Shown: positions 1 to 35,902 of the stretch, one piece after another
Numbering within the stretch: the first letter of the stretch is position 1
Layout of the letters: every line of letters begins with the position of its first letter
Source: Chrysomallon squamiferum
Lineage: Eukaryota > Animalia > Mollusca
Assembly: GCA_012295275.1 (NCBI GenBank)
Contig: CM022676.1
Span: 10,416,001 to 10,480,000 of the forward strand
Direction: 5' to 3'
Length of the DNA stretch: 64,000 nucleotides
The notes under the pieces: generated by a model
Database searches by the model: none
The model's input: the letters and a program-made list of their open reading frames with translations, nothing else
Told to the model about the DNA's origin: nothing
Program-made: the position numbers and the translations under genes

Positions 1-1252
1 GTGGGGCTGACGAACTCGTCGAGACCGGTGCCGACTCGCAGCGAGAACGAGTAGATCGGAGCGTACGCCAAGTTCTGTCGTCTTTTGCGCAGCCAGCTGA
101 TGTTGTAAAACGTTTCCCTTTCTTGCATGGTGAAGTTGCACTTGAAGATAACCGAGTGGTTGCCCAGCAACGCGACCAGAGTTTTCGCCAGATATATTCG
201 GGGACTGGTACAAAAATACACATCTGAGAAAAAAATTTAAAAAAAAATTAAAACATTAAAAAGACAACGATAAATAAATAAAAAAACAAAACGAAAAAAG
301 CTGTTAAAATAATGTTGATCTTCGTGATTAAAATAATTTAAGTAAATAAATAAATAAATAACAACGACAATGATGACGACGACGTCAGCAGCAGCAACAA
401 CTACTACTACGACGTCAACAACAACAGTAATAATAAGGTCTAATATTTGCTGTTGTTGTTGTTGTTGTTATTGTCATCATCATCCTCATCCTCATTGTTA
501 TTCTCGTAAGCCGAAATTGGAAAGCGATTATTACGTAAGTTTCTTAATGTCATTTATTTGTTTCTTAATGTCATTTATTTGTTTATTTATATTTTAATTT
601 CAGATTTTCAACAAAAAAAATAAACAAACCAAACAAATGCACAAGACATATTGAATGACGTCACTAATAAGTGCGTTTATTTAATTTCAAGGAAGATAAC
701 TCTGACAGAAACAAAATATATAATGGTTAAGGTATTATTAGACCTTTTTTTGGTGGAATTACCAAATTTTAGTTTCTGTCTGGTAATACTTACCTAATCT
801 TAGCAATCCATAAACATCAAGAAAAGTCTAAGTTATTATCTAGTTTAAAATTTATGTATATGTATATATCATCAACAATGTTGTATTTGATAATCTGAGT
901 TGAAAAATTCAACGTTATTTAAGCTTGGATTATTCATATGCAGAATGTTATGGTACTTTGTAATGTACAGGTAGGAAATTCAAAGAAATAAAATTCAAAT
1001 AAATTATTTATTATTATTATTATTTTTTTTTTTTCTTAATCGAATGATCCTCAAAGCACGCAAAATCTGATTTTGTTAATTAATATTGAGCTAATTAAGT
1101 GTTTTGTACTGTTGTTGTTGTTGGTGGTGTTGTTGTTGTTTTTTCTCACAAATCACTGCTTGTTAAATGTTAACTTCTCACGTACCTTTAGCGAAAATGA
1201 ATAAAATATTCATCCAGAAGGTATTAAATAAATTTCTGTTAATGGTCATCAT
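1..1252 (-). CDS. G1: Ig-superfamily receptor paralog, 5' part only (leader exon 1252-1186; V-type Ig exon 223-<1)
   Basis: Leader MMTINRNLFNTFWMNILFIFAK ends at a phase-1 G|gtacgt donor. After ttctcag| the frame reads DVYFCTSPRIYLAKTLVALLGNHSVIFKCNFTMQERETFYNISWLRKRRQN, with Ig B-strand Cys and C-strand Trp. The DVYxC start matches G2. Not in the ORF track. Confidence 0.8.
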
Positions 1253-1387
1253 ACAATTGACGGAGGTCAGCCTGCTGTGAAATGTTTATTCTATCACGAA
1301 ACCCTCTTGGCTGACAGAATTGTGATGTAACGGTGGCACGCACGCACAAAGATGTGCAGATTACGTCAGAAATAGTTGCAGAAGCAT

Positions 1388-1400
1388 GGAAGTGACGTCA
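1388..1400 (+). promoter_or_regulatory. ETS-CRE composite motif upstream of G1
   Basis: GGAAGTGACGTCA about 140 bp from the G1 ATG; a further TGACGTCA at 1655-1662. Confidence 0.5.
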
Positions 1401-3099
1401 TTAATTTGGGGCATTCAACCGATTCCCGTGCGTAATGTTAACACACAAACAATGACCAGTCTAATCACTAATTTCTACATACTGAGTGGTTTTAATGTTT
1501 TCTGCTTTGACGAAATAGTTCGTAGCGTATTAGATTTCGTTTTATTTGCTTTTATTAGTCGAAACCAAAATCGCCGAAGTAACAGCCCAACTTCATGTTG
1601 AAGCTATTGTTAAAATTAATCTTTTACCTTCTTGTGACGTGAGAATGTATTTTATGACGTCAACAAAGAAGACATTGATGTTTATTTATCATGAAACCTA
1701 TGGATCGTTTTGACGGAAATAATCAGAATTAATGTGTTTGAAACGCGCTGGAATAAAACTTGCCTTCGACTGATTAGTACTTTTCTTATTTTTGTGAAAG
1801 GTAACTGTTCATTTAATTTATTTGCCTTGAAAATTATCACTACCATTAGTATTAGTGCTTTTACTGCTACTATTGAGTTACTACATTTACTACTATTACT
1901 ATTACCAGTTAGATATCCAACAATAATGTTTAAATAACTTTGATACGTCCAAATTAAAAATTGAAAAAAATAAATCCCAAATATTTCGTCTAATTTTTCA
2001 GTGTACACCCTAAATTAAATAAATAAATAAATAAATAAATATATAAATATATATTATAAATAATTTTTGCATTTCCAGTTTCCAAATGTCCAGATCAAAA
2101 AAACAACAACAAAAAAAAAAAAAAACACAAAAAAAACAACTGATATGGGTCAAACCTCTTTAAATTGCACAGCACAACTTTATTTACGTGAGGATCTTCA
2201 GTTTTCACACTGTTAAATAAATAGTAAGTTAAAATACTGTGATGTGTATAATATCTGTAACTATCTACATGTGAGGTTTTCAGTCCGATTTTGTATGCAC
2301 ATGTTCTCACGTGTTTACAATCCAAACACTTGGTCGGAAGTTAATTGTTGCGCAAGCGCAGGAAACACCCTGCCAATCACACGCGCTACTGCTACCAACC
2401 CATAGCAACGCAATTAGACTGTTAACTGTGGTATAATTTTTAAAAAAAGAAAAGAGAGAGAAAAAATAGGAATTTTCATAACTGACCTGGATTTTTCTTT
2501 AAATATTCATAAATAATGAACAGAGTACGTGACAAGGAACCGTGTCACGTAAAGGTTCTGATGCAGAGAATGGGACTCGTTTTGAAAACGTGACTCGAAG
2601 AGGGGATATTTTGCTAACAATGGGACATAATCACTCTTGATCATCGCTTTGGGACACCAGTCTATGCTAAAAATAGATCTAAACAGAAATGATCTGTCGT
2701 GTAGCTGATGAAAGAAGGCAGAAAAATGTTACGTTCGTAAATAGGTATGGATGAATGAACGGATGCAGGTTAGATCTGTTCTTAAACATGTGTACCTAAA
2801 AATAAATTCATACAGATACGTGCATGCATACATATATATCTATACATACATATATACATATACACACATATATACATAAACATACGAACCCATGCACAAA
2901 TGCATACATGAATGCTGCGTAAATACGTAAGTATATAAATATTTTTACATAACACGATAACAACAGCAACAATTACATCTTCATCATCATCAACAACGAC
3001 AATAGTAATAATAATATTTATTATTATTATTATTATTATTGCAATTATTATTACTATTAATATTATTATTATAATTATTATTATTATTATTAATATTGC

Positions 3100-3139
<40 letters not shown>

Positions 3140-3716
3140 GCTATATACACATAACAATAAAAAAGGAACAAAAACAATGATGACCAAATTAAGAACAGCA
3201 ACAACATAAACAACAACAACAACAACAACAACAAACGGTTTATTGTGTTTCAGAAAGAGATTCTCATGGGAAGCAAACCTGAAAACAAAGCAGGAAGGAA
3301 CGTTTGAAAATTTGGTTGTGAATTCTAAGGATATATAATTTTACAATTTAAACATTTTGTAATAAACACATATTATTATTGCTCTTTATATTATAACTCT
3401 TCTTCTTCTTTTTATTATTATTATTATTACCATCATCATCATCATGATTATGATCATCATAATCGTCGTTATTATTTATTTTATTTTATCTATCTATCTA
3501 TCTATCTATTCACTGACAAAGACATGATTTAGCAATATAAAAAATATATGCGCACAAATGTAGATTGCAAAATTATATTGTAAATTACGATTATTAATAC
3601 AATTATGATATTGTGTAAAATCAATTTGTTGTGTTATGTTGTGTCTATGAGTTCTTGCTAGAAATACATATAGACATGTGTACGGACATAAACAGTCACA
3701 CATACATAGAAACACG

Positions 3717-3752
<36 letters not shown>

Positions 3753-3951
3753 TATATACATACATATGTATATATATCTATCTACATATATGTATCTATA
3801 TATGTGTGTGTGTGTGTATATATATATATACACACACAAATTATATATATATATATATATATATACACATACACACACACACATATATGTATATATCTAT
3901 ATATCTATGTATCTATCTATATACATATACATATATATATATGTATGTATG

Positions 3952-4014
<63 letters not shown>

Positions 4015-4109
4015 ATATATATATATATATATATCATCATGTGTACAACACTTGACTCTGTTTATTTCTTGCTATGACGTCATTAACACGATTAAGGACC
4101 GGACACGGG

Positions 4110-4610
4110 TGTCTTCCCATTTGGTAGATTCCCAGTTCGTATAATTCCCATTTCGTAGAAAAACCTGGTTTATTGTTATTCGTTTTGACATATTGGAAGG
4201 GTAAATTACAAACAAGTTTAAGTCTAAATCGAAGCAGAAGACAAAAGAGAATCAGAATATCAGATGCACACATGACGTGTCAACTGATCAACACAACTGA
4301 GAGAAGCTCGTGAATGAACGAAAAATTAAAGAAAAAGGACTTAAAAACATGCACTGTATACATTTGTATCATTTATTTCGAGCAATTAACTATTAAATTA
4401 AATTTCTATTTATATAATTTGTAAAGAAGAAAGATTGTTAAAGCGTGGTATCGTTAAGCGAGATGTTACTGTATTTGTACAATAATAATCGCTTTCCAAA
4501 TAATCTGGAGCAGTTCATTATAATGACTGAGGTAAAACCAAACATGTCAGTAAGACCACTGAACCACATTTAGCCTTTCTACGAAATGGGATTCTACCAT
4601 ATGGGACTAA
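4110..4610. mobile_element. Possible ~500 bp MITE-like element with inverted sub-terminal repeats
   Basis: tcccatttggtagattcccagttcgtataattcccatttcgtagaaa (about 4115-4160) mirrors tttctacgaaatgggattctaccatatggga (about 4576-4606). Confidence 0.4.
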
Positions 4611-4756
4611 GCCCACACATCACATCCTTATATATGTGTGTGTGTGTGTGTGTGTGTAAAAAAACACAAAATTAGAGAGAACAATAGACAAAATTGATAT
4701 AAAAAAAAGGAATAGAGGGATACGTTCATGGAGAGATTACCTGACTAATCTTGTTA

Positions 4757-8779
<4,023 letters not shown>

Positions 8780-9067
8780 TTTCTTCTTTTCTAGCCTTTC
8801 CAAGTAGTGTCTTCTTTGCTGACGTCATATAATATTTTTAGGTGAAATGTAAATGATTTTTAAGAACGAAGGTGGACAAATTAAAATCAATCATATAAAT
8901 GCAAATTATAAGTTTTACTGATAAAAACTATTTCCATTATTTTCGGCTAAAGCAGTAAGAAGATTTCAAAATAATTATTTTAAATTCAAAATCATTTCTA
9001 ATAGAAGGGAGCTGTACGTGCCATGCATTGGTGACCCCTATCGCGTAGAACCGCGTGCTTATGTGAT

Positions 9068-9081
9068 CGGAAGTGACGTCA
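9068..9081 (+). promoter_or_regulatory. ETS-CRE composite motif in the G2/G3 divergent promoter region
   Basis: CGGAAGTGACGTCA; another TGACGTCA at 8820-8827. Confidence 0.55.
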
Positions 9082-9751
9082 TATGAATAGCTATAAATAA
9101 TAAAAATTAAAATTAAAATTAAAACAAATAATAATGAATTATAAACAAACAAACAAATAAATAGTTCATTAAATTTTCTTTCATTAACGTTTTAAACCAG
9201 ATACTGGGGTTGAAGAACAAATGAAAAATAAAAAAATAAAAAATATATTAATAATCCTTATTCGTAATCTTCAAATTCCCCTTTATTTTGTTCTTGTAAA
9301 TTAATCAGAGTTTAAAAGTGGGGGAGGGGAGGGGGGGCGCTGTTGTTGCTTAGTGTGATATTTATTTATTTATTGTTTTATTATTCTTGTCTTTTACATA
9401 ACAGCTGTTGACGATCATTCTTTTGGATATGAAAAAAAAGAAAGAGATAACACGAAAGAAAATGATTTTGTAGTTACTTCATGTCAGGTTTTGTATCATT
9501 TACAAGAAAATAGTTTACAAACTGTAAACTGCATTTTATAACTAAACTCAGTATTTAAAATAAAAATAATAAAGTCAAGAATTAATCAAATAAATAAAAT
9601 TATAATTAAATAAATAGATTAAAATTAAATAAATAGATTAAAATTAAAATTATTAAATAAATATTCAAGATGTAAACGTAATCTCGTGAATTCCCGCGGA
9701 GTACGAGAAACATGGTGCCAAAAGATGTTTACCAAAAGAAAATTTCTGTAA

Positions 9752-10527
9752 ATGTGTGATAATCTTTTTCTCAGTATCTGTGCGACTTGGATATGCAGTT
9801 TGGTTATTATGTTCTGTAAGTATAATCTTTGAGTACAACGATCCGAAAACGTCACAACGGATAAGAAAATGTATCAGCAAACCTGCACAATATCAACATA
9901 AAAACGTTTATTATTTATCGTAAGCCATTAATCGGGGCAGCCATGGCCGGTGCATAACCCACATCAATTATTTGCGTCTTATTATTTCTTAAACATAAAA
10001 ATGAAAAAAAGAATTACGTTATTTTTTTTTTATATTATTATTTTGTTTTACGACTTATTGTTTCTGCGAGTCTTTTTCACGGGAAAAGAATGGTTGCTAT
10101 GTAAAAGTGTATTACATGTTGATACAGTGTTCTGTTTAAGATAATATTGAAAACACAGGCAAATGGAAATTAATTATAATTATATAAAATATTAAGCTTC
10201 ATGAACAGCTGAGCAAATATCCATTTTTTTTTTTTTTTACACACACACACACACACACGTTTCAGAATAAAAATGAATGATGTATTTGAAATAATTATCC
10301 AAATCTGTTTCCCAGATAGATGAAAAATTGAAATTTATTCAGGGTGGAACTATCCTTAATGAACAACACTATATAATTACATAAAAATCTTAGTAAGGAA
10401 AGAAAATAAATAAATAAGTAAAAGATATTTAAAGGAATTAATAAGTTTTTACTTTCATGCATATCAAGTCAGTATGCCTTTATGTACATACATAACCAAT
10501 AAATAATTTTTTTAATCAGAACACTTT

Positions 10528-10599
<72 letters not shown>

Positions 10600-13500
10600 C
10601 CAAGACATATTAATAGCTTTTGCACCATCATTATAATAACCATCACCATCACCTTGATTCTTGTTATTTCAGATATACATATTGGTGAGAGTGTAAAAGT
10701 TTTAAAACTGATAAATGTCAGCTCACCTCTTGGAAAAACTAATGTGACGCTGAAATGTAACATTGAAAAAGAACAAGAAGGTGAAAACTACACAGTTACC
10801 TGGTCAAGAAAAAGACAAAACGAGGAAGAGTTCAGACCCATTTGTGAATACAGTGTTGGAAAAACTATTGAATATTATTCAAACCTTGGCAACCACATAT
10901 ACCACAGGACAAAAGTTTATTTCAGTTTAAATCCGGATGCCTTTATACTCCAGTTTGATGAAATTGTGTGCTTTGATGCAGGAATATACAGATGTACTGT
11001 TTCTGGTTTCAGAGGTGATGAAAAACAGTATGAAGAGTTGGTTTTTTCCATTAAAGGTGGGTTCAGTTAATTTTCTTCTGTAAAAAAAAAAGCCTAGGAT
11101 CCTATAAAAATAAAGACATCTTGCATGCCTTTCTGCATCTTTAACTGTACCTGGTCCGATACAAATAAATGGTCCTATAAAATTATTAACATGTCAGTGT
11201 TATTATTTTACTTTTTGGGGTAAAACTGTCATAACTCACAAGAAAGTAGGATGATAGGAATACTGTTGCAAACACTCAAATGCTGCTGCTTCAAGTCTGC
11301 TGTTCTAATTGGGATGTTGCTGGAGAAGTTTCTGAAGATAGAATAAACAGATCCACCCAGTATCCTATATTATGACATGGCTAGAGAAACATGGCATTCT
11401 GCAAAGTATTTGTAAACTGTACCCTTTTCCATTATACTTCGTTAATTAATTAATAAGATCTGATTTAATTAAACACTGTTGATAACAGGCAAAACATGAT
11501 TTAGAAAAATGCTGAATATATATTTAAGACTATTTCTTCATAAAATATGACAGTCTGAGATATTTTCAGATCTATGCTTTGTGTTGTTATACTTCATTAT
11601 TATTTAAGATTGGACAGCTAAAAAACAAAACTAGGTAGAAGAATGCTGAATATATTTAAGATTGTTTCTTCTTAAAACATGGCAGTACATATATTTTAAA
11701 GATTTATGCTTTTGCTGTTATACTTCATTATTATTTAAGACTGGATAGCAAAACAAAACAAAACATGATTTAGAAGAATGCTGAATATATTTAGACTATG
11801 TCCTTGGACTCACCTTGAATTAATTCAGAGTTATTCACCCTTGAGTCTTTATCACAGACATCATTGAATTTCCCTGATTGTTTATTTTATTTTATTTTTT
11901 ATTATTATTATTATTTTTTTTTTTTACTATTTTATGGTAGGTGGGGATTGGTAATTTTTATTTTATTCTTCCTCAGTTTCATTCAGTTACCACTGAACTG
12001 CCTTATTTCTGAGTAATGATGGTAAGCTAACACTATTAAAAAGATTGGACAAGTAAAAATAATATATCTGGAAGTTGTGCAGAATATATATATATATATA
12101 TCTGTTTCTTTGCATCATAGAAGTTACATGATGAAGTAATTTTTTATGACCATAAAAGCACTTGCATTTCAGGAATACCTCATCTTATATCAATGACAGT
12201 GACACCAATGAAAGATAAAATGAATGTCAAGGACGTTATCAGTGTCTCTTGTTCGGCATTCGTTTCTAGGCCACCTCTTCCGTTTTGGTGGTTCATCAAA
12301 GTTGATAACCTTCTGTACAATGTCACAGACAGAGTGCAACCAGTCACAGAAACTGTGGAGTATAGCAGTAAATTGTGCTTGTTGAAACACATAAGTAAAC
12401 TGAAAATGACCTTGACATTCACCGGTCATGACATCCGAGTGTTGTGTATGCTGTATCAGCGACCTGTGAACAGGTCATCGGGTTTACGAAGATGTTCAAA
12501 ACTGTGCAATATGACCAAAGCATTTTCAGTGATAGGTAATTTCTAAAAAAAGCAAAATTTTAAATTTTAAAATAAATTAAAAATAAATTAAAAAATAAGG
12601 ATGAAAGCTAGAAAAAAAAAAATTAATTTAAATTTAATGGTAGAATTTGAAGACGAGGAAATGAGGTATGTTAGAATTTAAAATGAATAAAAAAATATCT
12701 AGATTATATATATATTTTTTTAAAATAAATTTTTATTTACTTTTTGATTTTTTGATTTATGTGTAAGTAATTTTTTTTTTTTTAGTGTTTGTTTTATTCA
12801 TTTGCATTTATTTACTTATTTATTTATTTTATTCATTTTTTTATTAATTTATTTTATTCATTTTTATTTATTCATTTTTATTTATTTATTGTATTAATTA
12901 ATTAATTAATTTATTTAATTTACTGTATTAATTTATTTATTTATTGTTTATTTATTTATTGTTAATTTATTTATTGCTTGCAATTAATTATTAGATGTTT
13001 CTACGGTTATTAACTTGTATATACTTCTATGAAAACTTGGACACACACACACAGACACACACACACACACACTGTTGATCTTTGATTTCACAAACTAATT
13101 GAGAGGGAGCATCACTCCCAAAAAATGTGAAAGTCTGTGAAATCATAAATGTAAACATTATCCCTAAATTTGACCAAAACATCAAACTTTAATATAATAA
13201 TGACAGAACAATATACAGACATAAAATCAAAGTAAACAAATGACATACAGTATATGTAAAGGAAAATTGTACAGTAGCAAAAAATGTGGGTGAAATTTTG
13301 TTAGACTACGATGGTTATGGGTTCAGTTGTAAAAAAATTCTCATGCCTTGATGGAATGTGAGTTGAGAGTCTTTAGTGGGATTCAGAATAATTTCACAGC
13401 ATCCAGAGGTAAGGATTCAAGTGGAAAATGGTGGCAAATCAAAATGTGAAGTTTTTTTCCAAGATACCTATCATCAAGGGTCAACAGTGCACAAATACAC

Positions 13501-14366
13501 ACATAGATACATCCATACACACATGCATACACACATATATTCACATGCATACACACAACATACAAAATAAACAACATTGTCTATAAAAAATTTATTTATT
13601 TGTAGGAGTATTTCTCTAATAAATTATACATGTACCTAATTTTTTGTTATCTCATGTCAGTACACGTGTGTGTGTGTGTGTGTGTATGTGTGTGTGTGTG
13701 GGTATATATATATACACATACACACATGTACATATATATATATATATATTTTAGGACCTACTGAAAAAGAGAAATCAAATGCATTAGGTAAAGTTTTGGG
13801 TTTTGAAACTTTTATGACCTATTACTATTATTATAAAATGATTAATTGTAGGAAAAATGATTTTGTTGGTTTTTATTAATTAATCAGGCTAAAGCATTAA
13901 TTTGAATTTTTGGTGTATGTGTCAATTTGTCTGCATTAACCTGAAATTTGTATATGTCTGTTTGTGTCTGCATCAATTTTGAAATTTGTGTGTGTGGTTT
14001 CTGCATGCATGTTCATTGAAATATTTGATTTGATTGCATTCAGACAGGTTTTTGATATTTTATTTCGTATTTGTTGTTTATTCATTCAGTTACACATGCA
14101 TATTTTATTTATATATTTACTTATTTATATTGCTATTCATTCATTTACTTAAGTTTATACTTCACCACCATTTATTCACTTTTGATTTATCTGTTTATTT
14201 ATTTATTTATTACCTTGTATTACTTCTCATTTACCTGTTTGCTTATATTGTTATCTATTTTTTATTTTCAGGGAATGCATTGAGTATTGTAGCAACAGTT
14301 TTCGCAAGTGTAGGAGTTACAGTTATTGTAATTTTATTGATCAGAAAATTCTTCCCTAATTTATAA
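9752..14366 (+). CDS. G3: V-C2 Ig single-pass membrane protein with very short tail (exons 9752-9815, 10673-11056, 12173-12535, 13755-13787, 14272-14366)
   Basis: Phase-1 GT-AG junctions in frame. Leader MCDNLFLSICATWICSLVIMF; linker GPTEKEKSNAL; TM NALSIVATVFASVGVTVIVILLI followed by RKFFPNL-stop. Confidence 0.8.
10673..11056 (+). CDS. G3 V-type Ig exon
   Basis: 384 nt; NVTLKCNI...VTWSRKR...LQFDEIVCFDAGIYRCTV. Confidence 0.9.
11490..11800. repeat. ~135-140 bp tandem duplication in a G3 intron
   Basis: aatgctgaatatatttaaga...ttatacttcattattatttaaga recurs about 2.3 times. Confidence 0.7.
12173..12535 (+). CDS. G3 C2-type Ig exon
   Basis: 363 nt; VSCSAFVSRPPLPFWWF...LCLLKHISKL...VLCML...CSKLC. 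Confidence 0.85.
14272..14366 (+). CDS. G3 TM/terminal exon
   Basis: ttttcag| acceptor, hydrophobic helix, TAA at 14364-14366. Confidence 0.75.
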
Positions 14367-14713
14367 TGTCACATCTTCGAGAAGAAAAAAACAACAACAC
14401 TAGAAAAACAGTAAGAACCAAAATCTTTTTATTACTAATTTTAAAACAGAGGCCTCAAACCAGTTTTGAAAGTTAAAATGAATACATAGCAGTATGATTA
14501 GATTATTAACACCTTTGGTGTATTCATTATTAGCATTAATATCATTATCTGTTTAACTGCATTTTTACTCTTGTTGTTGTTCTTTTTTCTTCTTTTTTTC
14601 AGAAATTTATTTTGATGTTCTACTATCGCCAAAAAATCATTCATCTAATGGAAGATGAAGAAGAGCTTAATTTAAATGCAGAGTTACCAAGTAGTTGTTT
14701 GTCAGAGATTTTT

Positions 14714-14776
<63 letters not shown>

Positions 14777-14994
14777 TAAAAAGGACTGAATTGCTGTTTA
14801 AGGCTGGAACCAAACAGTATAGACAATTGACCTACTTTCAACAACAACAACAACAAAATATATTAAAGGATTCAAATTATATTTCCAAACAAAAGGTGTT
14901 TCTTTCTTGCAACCTGACTTTCCTAGTAATAAATTCTTTCAGTAGAATAAAAAAAAAAAAAAAAGGAATGCAAAAAAACTGTCATTATTTTTCA

Positions 14995-15035
<41 letters not shown>

Positions 15036-15854
15036 TTTTTTAAAATTTTTTATAGACGTGTATAAAAATTCCTGACAGACTGAGGAAATATACTCTCCCA
15101 GTCACTATTTGTCTTTTGCAACGATTATCGTTGAATTTTCTTTTATATTTCTATTACAAAACTTCAGCCACTGTGTCGCCTTACGTGTTTCTTACTGTGT
15201 CGTTATTAATAATTAATTTTTAATTAGTAAAATACACATTATTATAATAGTTGAAAACGTGCTTGTGAACAACGTACAAATAGGTGGTAAAATAAAAGTA
15301 TTTATATTTTCAAATTGTTATTTATTATTTTTGTTTTTGTTTTTGTGGGATGACAACCATTTGTGTGTGTGTGTGAGAGAGAGAGAGGGAGGTACATGAT
15401 GTGGTTACAATTAAAAGAGTCATAAATTAGTCCAAAAATATTTTTGCACAAATTGTCACGCGTTCAGACCTCTTTTCATACTCATAAATCCTGCCTGGTA
15501 CGTATTCATCTGTGATTGTATTCTAATGCATAATTTAAGCTTAATTTAATTCCTTGTAAGAAAATAAACTTTATGCTAAAGATAGCAGTCATGATGTTAT
15601 GTGTTAGCAAACAGCTGTTTGTTTCAGACAACCGTGAGGACAGTGAAGATAAATAGTTATTTTAACTAGTTTTTCTTCTGATATTATACAGGCATATAAA
15701 AATAAATAGTTTGAGAACCATTTGTTTGAACGTTATTGGAAAGACATAACAAATAATGGGGATAGGCAAAAAAAAAAAAAAAAAAAAAACAAAACACTTC
15801 ACCCTAAAAATGTGTAATATTTTCCCGTAAATGCAAACAACGGACTCAGTTTTA

Positions 15855-15885
<31 letters not shown>

Positions 15886-16056
15886 TTGCTGTCGGCTCTT
15901 TCTGATAATCATTATTTTTGGAGCTAATGATGGCAATGAAAGGATTAATACTAATCAATAAATAGTGCGTTTGTTCGGATGACGTAATAACGTTGGACGT
16001 CATTTCCCTTATTGCCGACCATGAAAAGAACGCCAAGGAAACTGTGTTAATCAAGA

Positions 16057-25525
<9,469 letters not shown>

Positions 25526-26000
25526 ATGAGGAAATAAAATATATTATTATTACATGTGTCTTAGTGTTTATCTGTATTAATATAAACTGTAATGTTCTGC
25601 TGTTTTAAGGAGAAACATTTTCTTCCTTTGAAAATGTGTCCATTTTTTCGGACGTTTATTTTGTTTATATTGTATTTATATATCAATATATATGTAGTTT
25701 ATTAATGTATTTTTTTATATATTAGTAAATATTTTAATAATTTGTATTTATTTTGTTAAATCATTTTGAAAACTGGACTGAATAACCACAACACAAACAA
25801 CAATAATGATAATAACAAACAAAAATAACAACAACAACAACAATAATAATAATAATAAATAATAATGACATAATCAAAAATAACAATAAGAACAATGAGG
25901 AAAACAGCAATCATAATAACAGCAAATAACATGATAATGGTTATAGTAAAGAACAACTAAAATAATAATGATATTGACTGTAACAGCAGCATTAATAATA

Positions 26001-26329
26001 CAGGTACTGGACCAATTATCTGGACTCCTTGGGGCCTGAGGCATTCCAGATTTCTGGATTTTCCGGTTTTCTGGTACCAAGGCATCTAAATAAGTAAATA
26101 ATTAGGCATAAATATTTTAAAATTAAAAACATAAAGAAAATTGCCGATACACAACTATGACGTAAACAATGCGGCGAGTGAATGAACGCCACGAGGCTTG
26201 AAAGAGTAGTTCCAGTCTGGTGAGGACAACACCTGTGTGTGCAAACTATGAAAATAGCGTCAGGAAAGAACTTCCAGTTTTCTGGTCTTTTACTGATTTC
26301 ATGATGCCGGATAATTGGTCTGGTATCTG
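26001..26329 (+). mobile_element. MITE-like non-autonomous DNA element (TA target site, Tc1/mariner-like)
   Basis: Imperfect TIRs CAGGTACTGGACCAATTATC ... GATAATTGGTCTGGTATCTG, with TA on both sides. Confidence 0.7.
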
Positions 26330-26513
26330 TACAGTAATCACAACAACAACAACAATAATAATAATAATAGAGAATAAAGAATAATGACTGTACCTGTGTA
26401 GTAATAACAACAACAACAAGAAACTTAATAAAAAATAATAACAATGAATGCAAAAAAAAAAGATAGTAACAAAAATAATGTTAAATATAATAACAATATA
26501 ACAACAACAACAC

Positions 26514-26546
<33 letters not shown>

Positions 26547-27235
26547 TAACAATAATAATAATAATAAATAACAACAGCAAAAGTAATAATTATCGTCACA
26601 ATAAAAAAACTAAAACAGTAATGACTAATTTAGAATACTTAAGCCATTGGGGTTGGAGATTTCAGAGAGTGATAATGAAATAATTTGAGGAATGAAGTCA
26701 AATCTCAGAATTTTAATATTTGTAATATGAACAGCTTGTGTATACAATCTTAACATGCAGTGTACTTAATAATTTATCTTGATAAAACGTTTCTGAACTA
26801 AGTAGAAAGGTGACATATCTCTAAGATTTTCAAAATAATTTTCAACTTTAGAAATTTTACAGTACCTGTAGAGGAGTTGATGATGATGATGATGATGGCA
26901 GTAATAAATTATGTGGAAAATAATAATAAAAATAATAATAAAATAGTAGTAGTAGTATTAATACAACTCTACAGATAACAGTTTTATAATTCTTAACAAC
27001 AACAACGAGAATATAGATCATTAATAATTATGCAACTATTATAATAATAAAAATAAAGCAATAATGTATAAATCATTAATAATAATAATTTATAAAGTAA
27101 TAATATAGATCATTACCAATAATAACAATAGGAACAAAAGTTATAAAAATAGTTTATTGCTGTCAACATAAGGACAATTAAACGTGTAGTGAAAACATAA
27201 ACATTTGTCTCAAACAAACAAAATGTTCGCAGATT

Positions 27236-34431
<7,196 letters not shown>

Positions 34432-35166
34432 TTCAGTGCATTAACTAGCATTAAACATTTTTGTATTTCCGAACGAAGTGAAACGAACAAAAATAGCAGC
34501 AAAAACAAATAAATATTATTTCCTGAATAGTGGGTCTCTGCCCATTCTTTGTTCTACGTCATTTCTGATCAGTTGCGTAGAACAAAACGTCATGACTTCT
34601 GAACCAATAAAAATAAATAAATAAAAAATAATAAATTAAACTTGTTCTCGTTCGAACGAGATTTCGTTACGGAAACGAGATTTACAAAAACAATATTATC
34701 TACAGGGCTGTTCAGCAAATTTTATTTTCTAAAGTCATTAAGAACATTATTAAAAATGTCTTAAAAACCTATATTAATTATACTAGCCATTCTGAAACTT
34801 TTGGGGGATCAAGCCTCCAGTGCAATAAGGTCATTGCGAAGTGATAAAATGGCGTTCATTTATTTTTTATTTTGTCTCGTACTTTGTTTACATATGTCGC
34901 CCAGACAACAAAATAGTAACTTGGAAATACACTTTTTGTTGTTGTTGTTGTTGTTTTTGTTATTACCATCATCATCATCAATATTGTTGTTGTTATTGTT
35001 ATTACTATTACTATTAGTAGTAGTAGTAGTAGTAGTAGTAGCAGTAGTAGTAGTAGTAGTAGTAGTAATAGTAGTAATACAAAGTTTGGTAAATAGGTAA
35101 ACTGAACATTGGTTTACATTTATCTGAACAAGGTTTAAATGGTATTTCTTGTTTGTTGCTTAGAAA

Positions 35167-35205
<39 letters not shown>

Positions 35206-35345
35206 TATTTTTTTGCGTCATCAGATGAAATTACGTAATTGGCGTTTTCGTACCCCAATAGATGTCACACAAAAGGAATTTTAGAAACAAATGGTGTTGT
35301 TGTGCCATCGTAGTTCCCCAGAAAAGATTCGTTTGTGTCATAATT

Positions 35346-35847
35346 ATGTCAGTATTTTCCTCAAGCAGTCCCTTCACTTTTGGCTGTTTCATTTTCATCG
35401 TTTGTTGTTTAGGTAAGAACGGAAAGAAGTAGTAGTTATTCTACCACTCTGTAATATGGAATACATAAAATGTATGTATCTTTTCTCAAAGAGGAGCTGT
35501 TGAGACAAAACAAAACTGTATACATGATTCTAGAAGCCTCGTTCTTTTCATTTATTTATAAATAATGAACATTTTGATCTCGTTTAATGTTTCACGTAAG
35601 TACCTAAGTATTAGATTCTAAGGCTTCTTGAGAAGTTGGAGCTAGCACCTGCGGTAGAAGTAGTTTCAACACTGGAACCACATATTAAATATCTTAGCTG
35701 TGCATCTGTTTCAGAAATAACAAAAGAAGATTGGACGAGAAAGAATAGTTAAGAAAGCTCTGTAATGTCGTTCATAATTCCAACGAAGGATACTTCCGTT
35801 GCTAGGGACAACAGTAATAAGAATTACCGAATATAAACAACATTAGC

Positions 35848-35902
<55 letters not shown>

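Noticed and set aside
2330-2720. CpG-containing stretch with CGGAAGT and TTGCGCAA motifs between G1 and G2
   Set aside because: No associated leader or exon was found, and single short motifs are insufficient evidence.
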